Positions 40,701 through 54,338 of a stretch of 64,000 nucleotides of DNA are shown piece after piece. A program made the translations under genes and the position numbers. The number at the start of each line of letters is the position of its first letter. Position 1 is the first letter of the stretch. Below the pieces are notes generated by a model. The model was not told the DNA's origin and did not search any database. It worked only from the letters and a program-made list of their open reading frames with translations. The stretch comes from Octopus vulgaris (Eukaryota): contig OX597824.1 of the NCBI GenBank assembly GCA_951406725.2, forward strand, positions 91,574,001 to 91,638,000, in the 5' to 3' direction.

Positions 40701-41285
40701 AGGCGGCAAGCTGGCAGAATCGTTAGCACACCAGGCGAAATGCTTATCGGTATATCGTTTGCCGTTACGTTCTGAGTTCAAATTCCGCCGAGGTCGATTT
40801 TGCCTTTCATCCTTTCGGGGTCGATTAAATAAGTACCAGTTACGCACTGGGGTCGATGTAATCGACTTAATCCGTTTGTCTGTCCTTGTTTGTCCCCTCT
40901 GTGTTTAGCCCCTTGTAGGTAGTAAAGAAATAGGTATTTCGTCTACCGCTACGTTCTGAGTTCAAATTCCACCGAGGTCGACTTTGCCTTTCATCCTTTT
41001 GGGGTCGATAAATTAAGTACCACTTACACACTGGGGTCGATATAATCGACTTAATCCTTTTGTCTGTCCTTGTTTGTCCTCTTTGTGTTTAGCCCCTTGT
41101 GGGTAGTAAAGAAATATGTATTTCGTCTACCGCTACGTTCTGAGTTCAAATTCCACCGATGTCGACTTTGCATTTCATCCTTGTGGGGTCGATAAATTAA
41201 GTACCAGTTGAGTACTGGGGTCGATCTAATCGACTGAGCCCCTCCCCTAAAATTTCGGGCCTTGTGCCTAGAGTAGAAAAGAATG
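40701..41285 (+). mobile_element. Meta-domain-type SINE with triplicated body
   Basis: One head (ggcggcaagctggcagaatcgttagc) followed by three units of about 185 bp containing cctttcatcctttcggggtcgat(a/t)aa(t/a)taagtacc. Other family copies at about 8047-8160, 24025-24248 and 25362-25500 (-). Confidence 0.8.
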
Positions 41286-41844
41286 TAACATTTGATCACT
41301 CTAAGCAAATTCTCCATGCGGATTGTTCCGCCAAAAAATTGCAAAACCCTCATCTGTCGCTCACGACAGGAGAATCCATCATATAAAAGAAGATTGGTTG
41401 TAATTTACGGGAGAGTTGGTTGTCATTTCTAGCACGTCGAACAGATTCATTGCAGATCTGCTTCTGCTTCACTTCTCCGACAGCCAATGATTTCATGCAT
41501 AGAAAATTAATTCATTTTAACCAGAAATACAAGGAATTCCCTGCAGCTGGTTCTGAGCTAAAACAAACATCAACTAAGTCAATTTATTACTTGTATACTG
41601 CAAATGTTTGCTTCGTTGCAGAAAGAAGACATCTTGCAGACCACCTCACAACCCCCCCACACACAAACATAGACAAAACGCGCTCATACGCCGCGCATGC
41701 GTACTCATAGTCATCCTTCAATGCTCGTAACGTCCACTCGCCCACGTAAAGCATCTCTCTCCCTCTCTCTGCCAGTCAGAGCACTTACCTTTCTTCCTCT
41801 TTTCTTTTCTCTCTTTGTTATCTCTCTCCCCCTCTCTCTCTCTC

Positions 41845-41981
<137 letters not shown>

Positions 41982-42207
41982 ATGCATGTATAACACACAT
42001 ATATCCTAGTGCATAGATATGAAAAAAATGTGTAAATACTTATGGAATGTATTTATGAATGTACGTGCATATTTTCATAATATATATCGATATCTGTGTG
42101 TACCTATGACTACACACACACACACACACACCTATATCCACAAATCTACATATACCATATATACATATATATACACACACATATATATATACATACATGC
42201 ATATATA

Positions 42208-42253
<46 letters not shown>

Positions 42254-42684
42254 TAGATGTATAAACATATATATAATATACATGGATAAATGTATATATA
42301 TATAAATATATACGTGTAGGCACACACAACGCATAGACATCCCCCCCCCTCACGTATGTCTATCTGTGATTTTCACAATTACAGCTGAGCTGTCACGAAA
42401 TAGCTAACCTTTAAGAAATAAATTTTAGGTTCCCAGACGGACTTTTGTTCAACTCCACCGAATCGTCCAACTGATCTCGTCTCACTTGTTGCCGAAATAA
42501 CCAAAACCACTCCACTTGTGTCTGTGGTTATATACATATATATATGTGTGTGTGTGTTTGTGTGTGTGTTTGTGTGTGTGTAATTCGGCCTTTATCTCGC
42601 TTGTTTTTTTGCCAAAAGAATCTTGTGTAAAACATGACACATACAAATTCGGTTGACTCTGTAAATTACGTATTTTCAACACAC

Positions 42685-43370
42685 ACACAAACACACACAC
42701 ATACACTCATCCACGCACGCACACACACTGACACATAGACACACAGACACACACACGCACACACATGCACACCCACCCACACACACTCATCCACGCGCGC
42801 ATACACACACACTGACACATAGACACACAGACACACACACGCACACACATGCACACACACCCACACACTCATCCACGCACGCACACACACACACACTGAC
42901 ACATAGACACACAGACACACACACGCACGCACACACATACATACACACAGACACATAGACACACAGACACGCACACACACCACACACTCATGCACGCACG
43001 CACACACACTGACACATAGACACACAGACACACACACGCACGCACACACATACATACACACACATACATACATACACAGACACATAGACACACAGACACA
43101 CGCACACACACCACACACTCATGCACGCACGCACACACACTGACACATAGACATACAGACACACACACGCACGTACGCACGCACACACATACACGCACAC
43201 AGACACACGCACACACGCACACACACCACACACTCATGCACGCACGCACACACAGAGACACATAGATGCACAGTCACACACACACGCACGCACACACATA
43301 TACACACAGACACAGACACACAGACACCCGCACGCACGCACGCACACACATACATACACACACACACAGG
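42685..43370. repeat. CA-derived minisatellite (higher-order units of about 70-130 bp)
   Basis: Recurrent cactcat(c/g)cacgcacgcacacacactgacacatagacacacagacac units. Confidence 0.85.
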
Positions 43371-43529
43371 ATAAATTTCTCCAAGCATTTCATTAATTTA
43401 TTTCTCATTTTTTCCCCCGCAAAATTTATAGACGAGGTGCATTCTAGAAGTTTTGAGACATTTCTTGGTGAGGCAATTATAAATGTCCTAGATTATTATA
43501 ATTTTAGCATATCATTGCCGTTCGTTCCT

Positions 43530-43822
43530 TCTCAAGCCATGCCTAGTTCATAAGGGCCGGTTTCCCAGTTTCCTTGGTGTATAGGTTCCCCACCTGGACG
43601 GGACGCCGGTCCGTCGCAGGTGAGCTGCAAGATGCAGGAGGAAAGAGTGAGAGAAAGTTGTATCGAAAGAGTCAGCAGAAGTTCGCCATTACCTTCTGCC
43701 GGAGCGGCGTGGAGCTCAGGTGTTTCGCTCATAAACACACACCCATTGCCCAGTCTTAGATTCGAACCCGCGATGCCTCGACCGCGAGTCCGCTGTTCTA
43801 ATGACTAGGCCATGTGCCTCCA
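43530..43822 (-). mobile_element. tRNA-derived SINE, same head as 9060-9325 but different 3' body
   Basis: Shared head to ...gagcgaaacacct; body contains ctgcgacggaccggcgtcccgtccagg. Confidence 0.75.
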
Positions 43823-44174
43823 CAGCATATCATTACTATACATCAAATAAGCTGACCTGCCAACTTGTGTTATTCCAGATTGAAGATGACGGCTGTAACA
43901 GCACTTCGAACTCATAAACGCCGCTTGTCACAGCTGACTGGTTTGCAGAATCCGGTCGGGAGGTGAAAACTGTTCGGAAGCTCAAGATGTAATAAAATTT
44001 TGTGTTAAACTGGACACAAAAAATTCTTCAGAAATTTTAACGTTTCAGACATTTTATGGATTAACTTGTTTGAACCGAACATTTGTTCTTCGCTGGCACA
44101 GGATGCCAGATAAATTAGTAAATAGTTTGAACTTTAAAAAGATATAAGTGCATCTTGCTTCCTTTTGTTTATTT

Positions 44175-44263
<89 letters not shown>

Positions 44264-44433
44264 TCCTCTCCCCTTTTCTTTTTTTCCCTCTCCCCACCTT
44301 TTTTTGTCCTCTTTCTTTCCTTTTACGATCTCTTTTGATCGAAGACCAATCCCCTCTTTTTTACCCCCCAAAAAAGCTCTACCTTGTAATTTGTTCTGTC
44401 TGTGTGCAGCCCTGTGTGGCTAATAAAGAAACA

Positions 44434-44481
<48 letters not shown>

Positions 44482-44489
44482 ATCCAACC

Positions 44490-44632
<143 letters not shown>

Positions 44633-44641
44633 CATCCAACC

Positions 44642-44699
<58 letters not shown>

Positions 44700-44711
44700 G
44701 CATGTATGTAT

Positions 44712-44951
44712 GTCTCTTCTATTTTTGAGAAAAGTCTTGCATATTTTTACTGTTCCACTCACGGATTGCACTGGTAATGTACGAATTAGCCGGTCAGTTT
44801 CTCTTTCTGAAAATCCCAGTTTATCCAGAGTCTCCTTTAAGCATTTACTAACAAAACCTAGTGCTCCAATTATTATTGGTATGAATATGAATTCATAGTC
44901 TGGATATAGAAGCTGGAGGCTTCGAAGCAGTTGTCCATAGATATCCTCTTT
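44712..44951 (-). mobile_element. 3' fragment of a second RLE-type non-LTR retrotransposon
   Basis: Minus translation [47 protein letters not shown]...[13 protein letters not shown] (K..Y..L...PI.IGALG motif); flanked by (TATC)/(TATG) repeats. Confidence 0.65.
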
Positions 44952-45128
44952 GTGTATGTATGTATATATGTATGTATGTATATAAGTATATATATATGTA
45001 GACCTGGGCTACAGCTATATTAGGTAACATTTACCCAATGTGCCACGTAGTCGAACTCAACACGGAACCAACCACATGGTTCCGGGTTCAGTCACACTGC
45101 GTAGGCTGTGTAAATTCTCTTTGTGTTT

Positions 45129-45251
<123 letters not shown>

Positions 45252-45355
45252 TATATAAGATATAACTCCAAACTTATATATATATATATATATATGTTTG
45301 TGTGTATGTGTGTGTGTGTGCGTACCTGTGTATTTGCATGTATAGGTGTTTAAAT

Positions 45356-45424
<69 letters not shown>

Positions 45425-45460
45425 TATATATGCATACATATATAAATATGTATGTGCGTG

Positions 45461-45492
<32 letters not shown>

Positions 45493-45722
45493 CATACACG
45501 CACTCACACAAACAAACACACGCCAGGATATACAACACACTCATATCTCACAAATACCGTTTGGTAGATACGACAGTGGCGCACAGTTGCATCACATACA
45601 TATAATACATATGCACACACATGCACACACACACAAACACGTACCTCACACAGTCAAGCACAATACACGTGCACTTTCCGCATCTACAACGTACAGACAC
45701 ACGCACCCCACCTCCGAACACT

Positions 45723-45753
<31 letters not shown>

Positions 45754-47039
45754 AGGAACACACAGCCATATTCACACAGCGACACTTAAAACCATCTGCA
45801 ATCAATCAAACAATTAACCTTTCTTTCTCATTAATACTCTCACGAAAACGAAAACGCCGCCGCCATATTTGAGTTACTTCGAAAGCCCTTCGCGCTCTCA
45901 CCACCATTTTTGACTACCACCACAGCCGCCACCACTACCACCACCACCACCACCACCACCACCACCACCACCATCACACCACCATCATCAATACCACCGA
46001 TACCACTATCACCACCATCACACCATCACCACCATCACCACCACCAAAACCATTACCAACACCACCACCATTACCATCAATACAACCAATGCCACCACCA
46101 CCCCAAAATCACCACCCCACCATCACACCACCACTATCGATACCACCAATGCCACCACCACCCCAAAACCACCACCATAACACCACCACCCCAAAACCAC
46201 CACCATCACCATCAATGCCACCACCACCACCCGAAAATCACCACCCACCACAACTACCACCACCACCACCACCATCACTCCACCACCATCAATACTATCA
46301 ATGCCGCCGCCGCCGCCGCCGCCACCACCACCACCACCACCACCACCACGACCATCATCACCACCACCACCACCACCATTGCACGCGCGTACACACACAC
46401 ACACACACGAACACACACACAGACACGCACACAAACTGTGTTCCGGTCACCTTTAAATAACCTCTCCCTAACAACACTTGTCTCAATGTTGACCTCAACA
46501 ATATTCCGGCGAAATTTGGTCAGTCCCTAAAGGTTACCGAATGATTCCCGAAAAGAAGCAGTCATTTGTCATGTTCGATAGAATGTGCAATGTTTCAAAG
46601 ATGGCCAAAGAAAATTCTGTTTACTCAAGTCGTCAAGGGAATTTAAATTATAATAGAAGAATGTGTCGCTTAAGAGTCGAAGATGGTTCAGCGTAAATGC
46701 AGGGCTACTCAGGGAATCACGTTCATTTGTAGATATAATGATGATAGCTCTGGTTTCAGAATAGGATCTTAACAGTTGTTAGTGTTAGTTTAAGCGAGCT
46801 TCGTATGACACACATGTCATAGTTATGCAGATAATGCATCGGTTTATGAATAAACAATTCGTTAGAATGCACATCTTAACTAATAGCTATGCAGCGATAG
46901 GACAGCTAGCCGTCACTCGTGAGCGAGTAAGGCCTGGTAACATGAATCGTGGTTTTGCTAATTGTTTTAGATGTTTATGTTAAATATCAGGTGGCATTCG
47001 CGTGTGAGTAAGGCCTGGTAACATGAATCATTGATTTGC

Positions 47040-47460
47040 TCTCTTTACTCTTTTACTTGTTTCAGTCATCTGACTGCGGCCATGCTGGAGCACCGCCTTT
47101 AGTCGAGCAAATCGACCCCGGGACTTATTCTTTGTAAGCTTGGTACTTATTCTATCGGTCTCTTTTGCCGAACCGCTAAGTGACGGGGACGTAAACACAC
47201 CAGCATCGGTTGTCAAGCAATGCTAGGGGGACAAACACAGACACGCAAACATATACATACACACAAACATATACATATATATATATACATATATACGACA
47301 GGCTTCTTTCAGTTTCCGTCTACCAAATCCACTCACAAGGCTTTGGTCGGCCCGGGGCTATAGTAGAAGACACTTGCCCAAGATGCCACGCAGTGGGACT
47401 GAACCCGGAACCATGTGGTCGGTTAGCAAGCTACTTACCACACAGCCACTCCTGCGCCTA
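47040..47460 (-). mobile_element. tRNA-derived SINE, full length, inserted in a minisatellite
   Basis: Same family; interrupts an approximately 82-bp tandem unit. Confidence 0.9.
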
Positions 47461-48865
47461 TAATTGTTTTAAATCCTTATGTTAAATATCGGGTGGCATT
47501 CGTGAGTGAGTAAGGCCTGGTACCATGAATCGTGGTCTTGCTAATTGTTTTAAACCCTTATGTTAAATATCAGGTGGAACTGCCAGTATCTAAGCAGGGA
47601 CACAAAGGTTTGAGTCTGCAGGCTTCTGATTTTCTCTGTCCTGTTTTTCAGAGCCCGAACTCTTTTGGTACCAGGATGCTTTGCGGGATTAAGAGGTGCT
47701 ATTGGTTGGATATCGTATCCAACTAACTACTAAACTCAGGAACTGAATTGCGTCCTGTTACTTGTAGTATTCTGGAGCGCCAACCTAATCCACTCACAAG
47801 TTTTGGTCGGCCCAGGGCTATAATAGAAGACACTTGTTCAAGGTACCACGCAGTGGGACGGAACCTGGAAACATGTGGTTGGGAAGCAAAATTCTTAACG
47901 CGCAGTCACACCTGCGCCTATTTGTCAATTGTACGTGGTAATATTGACAGGATATTGCGTATTCTTTTGTAGAATTAATGTAATTTCACGATACAATGCA
48001 GGAGTGGCTGTGTGGTAAGTAGCTTGATATCCAACCACATGGTTCCGGGTCCAGTCCCACTGTGTGGCATCTCGGGCAAGTGTCTTCTGCTATAGCCTCG
48101 GGCCGACCAATGCCTTGTGAGTGGATTTGGTAGACGGAAACTGAAAGAAGCCTGTCGTATATATGTATGTATATATATATATATGCGTGTGTGTGTTTGT
48201 GTGTCTGTGTTTGTCTCCTAGCATTGCTTGACAACCGATACTGGTGTGTTTACGTGCCCGTTACTTAGCGGTTCGGCAAAAGGGACCGATAGAATAAGTA
48301 CTAAGCTTACAAAGAATAAGTTCCGGGGTCGATTTGCTGGACTAAAGGCGGTGCTCCAGCATGGCCGCAGTCAAATGACTGAAACAAGTAAAAGAGAAAG
48401 AGAAAGAGAAAGAGACAACCAAAGAAAGAATAACAAAAAAAAAACGCGGAAAATTTAATAAAAGAGGACAAATGTCCCTCACATTCCTATGCCAAACAAA
48501 CATAATTACCAGGCAGCTATTTGTCTTTACAATGCTTAGGATCCTTCTTATCCGTCTCTCACCAACCCACCAGCATAAATTTCAATGTGAAAGATTAGTT
48601 ATGAAGCTCAATTTTTTTTTGAATGGATAAAGAGGAGGTTTTAAATACATAAGATGAAACAAGGAACTTTAGAAATTTTGCCATCAGTACTGTCCTAAAC
48701 CATGAACGCACTTGATATTTGCTCGGGGGCAATACAGGTTTCGAGGCCAGGTTATGATTTATCTATACATATCAAACACAATAAAACGTGCACAAACACA
48801 AGTACTGATACATTATTTACATTATTTACATTTGACGGATATTTGTCCTCATCTTGTTTGTTGTT

Positions 48866-48911
48866 AACACAACGTTTCGGCTGATATACCCTTCAGCCTT
48901 CATCAGGTGTC
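48866..48911 (-). ncRNA. Minimal hammerhead-like motif (Penelope type)
   Basis: Minus: GACAC-CTGATGA-a-GGCTG...CAGCC-GAAA-CG-TT-GTGTT. A degenerate inverted copy (CTGATAA) lies at about 49381-49425 on +. Confidence 0.6.
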
Positions 48912-48967
48912 TTGAGGAAATTTTGAACCTGGGTTCTCATACCTACGGTATTTTCCGATGTTATTTA

Positions 48968-49016
<49 letters not shown>

Positions 49017-49020
<4 letters not shown>

Positions 49021-49261
49021 ATCATAGTAGGTGCATTAGGCATGATAAAAAAATATTCAGACAAATACATAACAAAAACACCTGGACTTACAAACACATA
49101 TAACATACAGAAAATTGCACTACTAGGCACTGCACACATCCTACGCAGAACACTTTCCATACAATAACCATCAGAGCATCACAACAAATCACAGCACATA
49201 CCCAAGGCACACAGAGCTGCGCTCGGTAGTGAAGTGAAAGCACGCTATAAAAATAAAACTA

Positions 49262-49266
<5 letters not shown>
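49017..49266 (+). mobile_element. 3' end of an RLE-type (R4/Dong-like) LINE inserted in (AAT)n
   Basis: Translates PIIVGALGMIKKYSDKYITKTPGLTNTYNIQKIALLGTAHILRRTLSIQ*, then a 3' UTR, with (AAT)n on both sides. A shorter copy of the same tail is at about 11620-11700. Confidence 0.75.
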
Positions 49267-49331
<65 letters not shown>

Positions 49332-50316
49332 TCGAAAAATACCGTAGGAATGAGAACCCAGGTTCGAGATATCCCTCAAGACACCTGATAAAGGCTAAAG
49401 GGTATATCAGCCGAAACGTTATGTGAACAACAAACAAGATGAGGAGAAATTTCCGTCAAATGTAAATAATGTACATAATTCCTCATCTCTTAAATATAGA
49501 ACTGTACAAGTACAGATAGATGCCTGAAATCTACATGTAGATTTACACAAACACGTGACGCAAGTCACATATGACGTAAACAAGAAGTCAGAGGTTACAG
49601 AAAACTATTGACTAATTCGTAGCCGAAACTGTTTAAAGATTCCAATATTTTATTCTGTGCAGGAAACATGCAATTATCAGAAACGCGATGTTTTTGCTCC
49701 AGTTATTTTGCTTCAAATTAATACACTTTCGGACTAATTTTGAAATGTAAAGTGTTAAAAAATTTAAAGTAAAGTTTTATTCTGCGCAGCAAGCGTGGAA
49801 TTATGTGAAACGCGATGTTTTACGCTTTGTCTTAAAATCTTGTTTATAATGTTTGACCAAGTGAAAAAAGTACAGTTGCCCTGTAACCATTAGATAGTTT
49901 TATCTGTTTTCAGGTGTCTTATTTTCGATAAATTGCGTCTGCGACGTGACACAATCTACTGTTGCTCAGCATCTGTAGCCGTAGTTTTTCGTTACGCAAC
50001 CGGCGCAGAACTAATATCTAACTATGCAAACTCTCTCTCTCTCTCACACACACATACACACACACACATACACACACACACACATACACACACACACACA
50101 CATACACACACAAGGATACAAAACATTGGCTTACACAAAAAGGACGGTAATTATACACGCGTATACACAAAATATATGTAGACACACTCACAAAAAGCTT
50201 AGATTAGTCTTACCATAATCAGCCCTGCTACCACATTACAGCCACTGATATACGTGTATATATATTTCTCTCTCCTTCTCTATGTATGTATGTATGTATG
50301 TATGTATGTATGTATG

Positions 50317-50348
<32 letters not shown>

Positions 50349-50445
50349 CATCTATCTATCTATCTATCTATCTATGTATGTATGTATGTATGTATGTATG
50401 TATGTATGTATGTATGTATCTATCTATGCATGCATGCATGCATGC

Positions 50446-50557
<112 letters not shown>

Positions 50558-50764
50558 GTCTGTCTGCCAGTTTACAAATGCGTACCAAAATATACAGAAA
50601 ACACGAAATCCCCCATTTGAGCTAAGAAAGAAATACTTAAATGATGTCTTGATCTGCTGGAAAATTTCTTTGTCTGGTCTCTTTGTATTAACAGATAGCT
50701 TCTAAAACATTTTGTTTGGATTAATAATCTCTCAATAATAAGTCTTTGTTATATGTATCCCCCA

Positions 50765-50826
<62 letters not shown>

Positions 50827-50876
50827 CGATATATATTCTAAAGCACAAAGCTTGGTAAAGGATCTCACTTATTTAT

Positions 50877-50932
<56 letters not shown>

Positions 50933-51515
50933 ATATATATATTATGTAGCGTATTTCTGACAATCTGGTGTTTCTCTTTGCTGGAGTTTCTCTTAGTTGA
51001 AGCTATGAAAGATCAAATTGTGTGGTGGCTTTGCGTAGGAATCGAAGCCATAGAAGAAAGGTGGAGACATCCAGTTTAAAGGCGTTCAGGTTCCAAATGA
51101 CTTTAAAATTCGAGACTGAAATATCTTTGTAAACATGAAGAATAAATTAATGGACCAGAAATTTCTATAAGTGAATTCATATGTATGCACAAAGGCAGAA
51201 ACTTTTCAATATGGCTAAAAGAACCAAAATATTTAGGTTGGACAAAAGAACGCCAAATTCTGCAATAGATAGAATGGCTCACATTTCAAAGAACGACAAA
51301 ATGTTTGCGTGCGAGCTTTTGTATATATATATTTATGTATATACAGTTAGTTAATGAGAGACGGAAGATGGACGATACGTAACGAACACTGTGAAAGTGA
51401 CCGTGCTTTACCATTAAGCAACCCGGTATAAACCATCCGTCTTACTATCTAATGTCTAATAATAGTAGTAGTAGTAGTAGTAGTAGTAGTAACAACAGCA
51501 ACAACAATAATAATG

Positions 51516-51558
<43 letters not shown>

Positions 51559-51563
51559 TAATA

Positions 51564-51632
<69 letters not shown>

Positions 51633-51667
51633 TAATAAAAAAATATAATATTAATAATAATAATAAT

Positions 51668-51723
<56 letters not shown>

Positions 51724-51883
51724 TAATGTTAGCTAATAATAACGCCTACTTCGGTATACAATATACTTAGTCAAAACCAGTATCGACACGACTATCTCTG
51801 ACCGCCTACTATGTACTCTGGTACTTCACGTATTTCAATTTACTTATAGTGACTAGATTATTCCATTCTAATTTCCCGCAACA

Positions 51884-53920
51884 ACTCCCTTTTTAAGTTT
51901 TTCTTATGAAGTGTCGTTATATTTAGTAATAATTTTTAGTTTATTAACCCCCAGCTCCCATTTTTTTGGTTTTTTTTCCGTACAGTTTAATATTTTCTGC
52001 GCATGGCATCTATTTTCAGGAACTCTGTATGTTCTCTTGTCCTCTCACTTGTACGCCTGGGTTCAATCGCCTGTAGTGGAGTTGGTACTTGGACAGTATC
52101 GTACAACCCTTCCATCGGTTCCTTCAACATCTTTGGTTCACTTTCCACGAATCTTATTTCCGTTGGTTCCTGTGTGTCTTTTGTATACCTTTTCTACTTT
52201 TTACCCAATACATCATTTTTACCTATGCATTTAATAATTACGCTATCTTCCCAACTCTGCTTCCCATTCTTGTATGCCCTCATATACACCTTTTCACCGA
52301 CTTCAAAGAATCTTGCTATGCCTTCCCTGGCACTTTTCTTTTCCCCTGCTAGATAGCCAGTTATCAAAGACTAATTGTACTTTCCTCGCAAGCATCAGCT
52401 CCGCAGGTAATCTACCTGCTGGTGTATTCGGATTTGGTGTCACACGGTACACTCTTAAAAACTGTTGTAGAGTTACCTCGTCCGTGACTTCCTTGTTCGA
52501 TTTTCTTAGGGCTCTTTTGAAGGTATCGGCAAAGCGATATGGCGCCGTTATATGTTCTACCGCGAAAGTTTCACAGAATTTCAAAAATTAGTTTGACACA
52601 AATTGCATTCCATTGTAAGACACTATCTTGTCTGGGATACCAAATCTTATAAACAATTCTTGTAAAAAATTTATCACAGTTGAGGTGGTTGGTTTTTTAA
52701 CACTTACAAATTTCAGGCCATTTCGAATAACTATCAACTACCACTAAGTATTAAGAACTATTTAAAAGACCAGCAATGTCGTTGTGTAGTCTTGATCACG
52801 GAACATCCACTTCTGACCAAGATTCACTTTTTATAATGGGCAATTTTTCATTTCGTTTTGGCTTACATATAGGTGTTCCATTCTGTTTTACTGCAATTTT
52901 TTGCTTCGGTCCTTCAACCACATTTGGACTTCTGACTGAACTGACTATATTTCCTCACAAAACACTCATGGGCATATTCCACAATTTGAATACATCCATC
53001 CACTCTGTACCGAATAGATTAAGTGAATCTTTTAATTCTTATACCTTTACCTTTTTTGTTTGATCTCGAATTGCTACATTACATACAAATTCACCAGAAA
53101 ACTGTAATTTTTCCGTAACACCATGATCTACCTTTTTCGATTTTATTAACTTTGGCTTACCGACATATTTCTAAGTTTCGTTTATAATGGTGATATCACT
53201 ACCAGTGTCCAACTGCATTCTAACACTTGTATTTCTGATTTTCTCCTCGAATTTCTTCATTGTTATATTACCAATTTCTTCCAATGACATACTGTTTATT
53301 CTTTTTCCCTTTTTTCTGACGTTTTGTCATCTTCGTTCTACAGTGCGTCTTTATATATCCTATATTTCCTCAACATAAGGTGGCGAGCTGGCAGAAACCT
53401 TAGCACGCCGGGCGAAATGCGTAGCCGTATTTCATCTGTCTTTACGTTCTGAGTTCAAATTCCACCGAGGTCGACTTTGCCTTTCATCCTTTCGGGTCGA
53501 TAAATTAAGTACCAGTTACGCACTGGAGGGTCGATATAATCGACTTAATCCCTTTGTCTGTCCTTGTTTGTCCCTTCTGTGTTTGGCCCCTTGTGGGCAA
53601 TAAAGAAATATATATTTCCTCAACGAAAGCACTCCGCTTTCTTAAATGGACAAATTTTCCTCACGTATATACCTCCACATGCTAAACAAGGGTTTATTTC
53701 CTGATTTTTGTCGTGTTTTTTAGAAAACACTTTATCTCTATTCTGACTATATCACACTTGCTTTACTTGGAAACAGTCTTTACGGTCAATTTCCTCTGTC
53801 TATTCTTTCACATTCTTCTGACACTTGCAGTAGAGTTACATTCTGGTTTTGTCCCAGCTTTGCGAGAATTCTAGTTCTAACTTCTGCGTCCGTTTTGGCA
53901 GTAAATCCCTGAGTAAAACA
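51884..53920 (-). mobile_element. Degenerate Ty3/Gypsy LTR-retrotransposon internal region (gag, protease, integrase; RT/RNase H absent)
   Basis: gag DAEVRTRILAKL and CLACGG..CPFKKAECFR knuckle; protease MQLDTGSDITI; integrase VVDSYSKWPE...LFIRFGIPDKIVS...DTFKRALRK...YRVTP..PAELM. PPT-like AAAAAGGGAGT followed by TG at 51883. Confidence 0.85.
53375..53610 (+). mobile_element. Meta-domain-type SINE with 14-bp TSD, nested in the Gypsy gag knuckle
   Basis: TATATTTCCTCAAC at 53361-53374 and 53611-53624. Confidence 0.9.
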
Positions 53921-54141
53921 CAGACACAAAGACACACACACATATATTTATATATTTATTTATCTATATCCACGACGGGGTTCTTTCAGTTTCCGTCTAC
54001 CAATTCCACTCACAAGGCTTTGGTTGGCACGAGGATATAGTAGATGACATTTTCCCAAGGTTCCACGCACTGGGACTGAACCAAGAGGCATGTGGTTGAT
54101 AAGCAAGCTTCTTACACCACCACCACGCATATATATATATA

Positions 54142-54195
<54 letters not shown>

Positions 54196-54272
54196 AACAC
54201 ACACATATAGATATAGGCTAAGGCATGTAGCTGCAACAGCAACAGCAGCCACAGCAGCAGAAACAGCAGCAA

Positions 54273-54338
<66 letters not shown>

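Larger units (their letters stand above)
48811..49505. mobile_element. Penelope-derived inverted-repeat element with candidate 13-bp TSD
   Basis: Inverted arms at about 48818-48965 and 49326-49473; flanking direct repeat ACAAGTAC(T/A)GATA at 48798-48810 and 49506-49518. Confidence 0.7.

Noticed and set aside
45910-46530. His/Pro/Thr-rich ORFs resembling extensin or histidine-rich proteins
   Set aside because: Degenerate (ACC)n tract open in several frames; no splice or start context.
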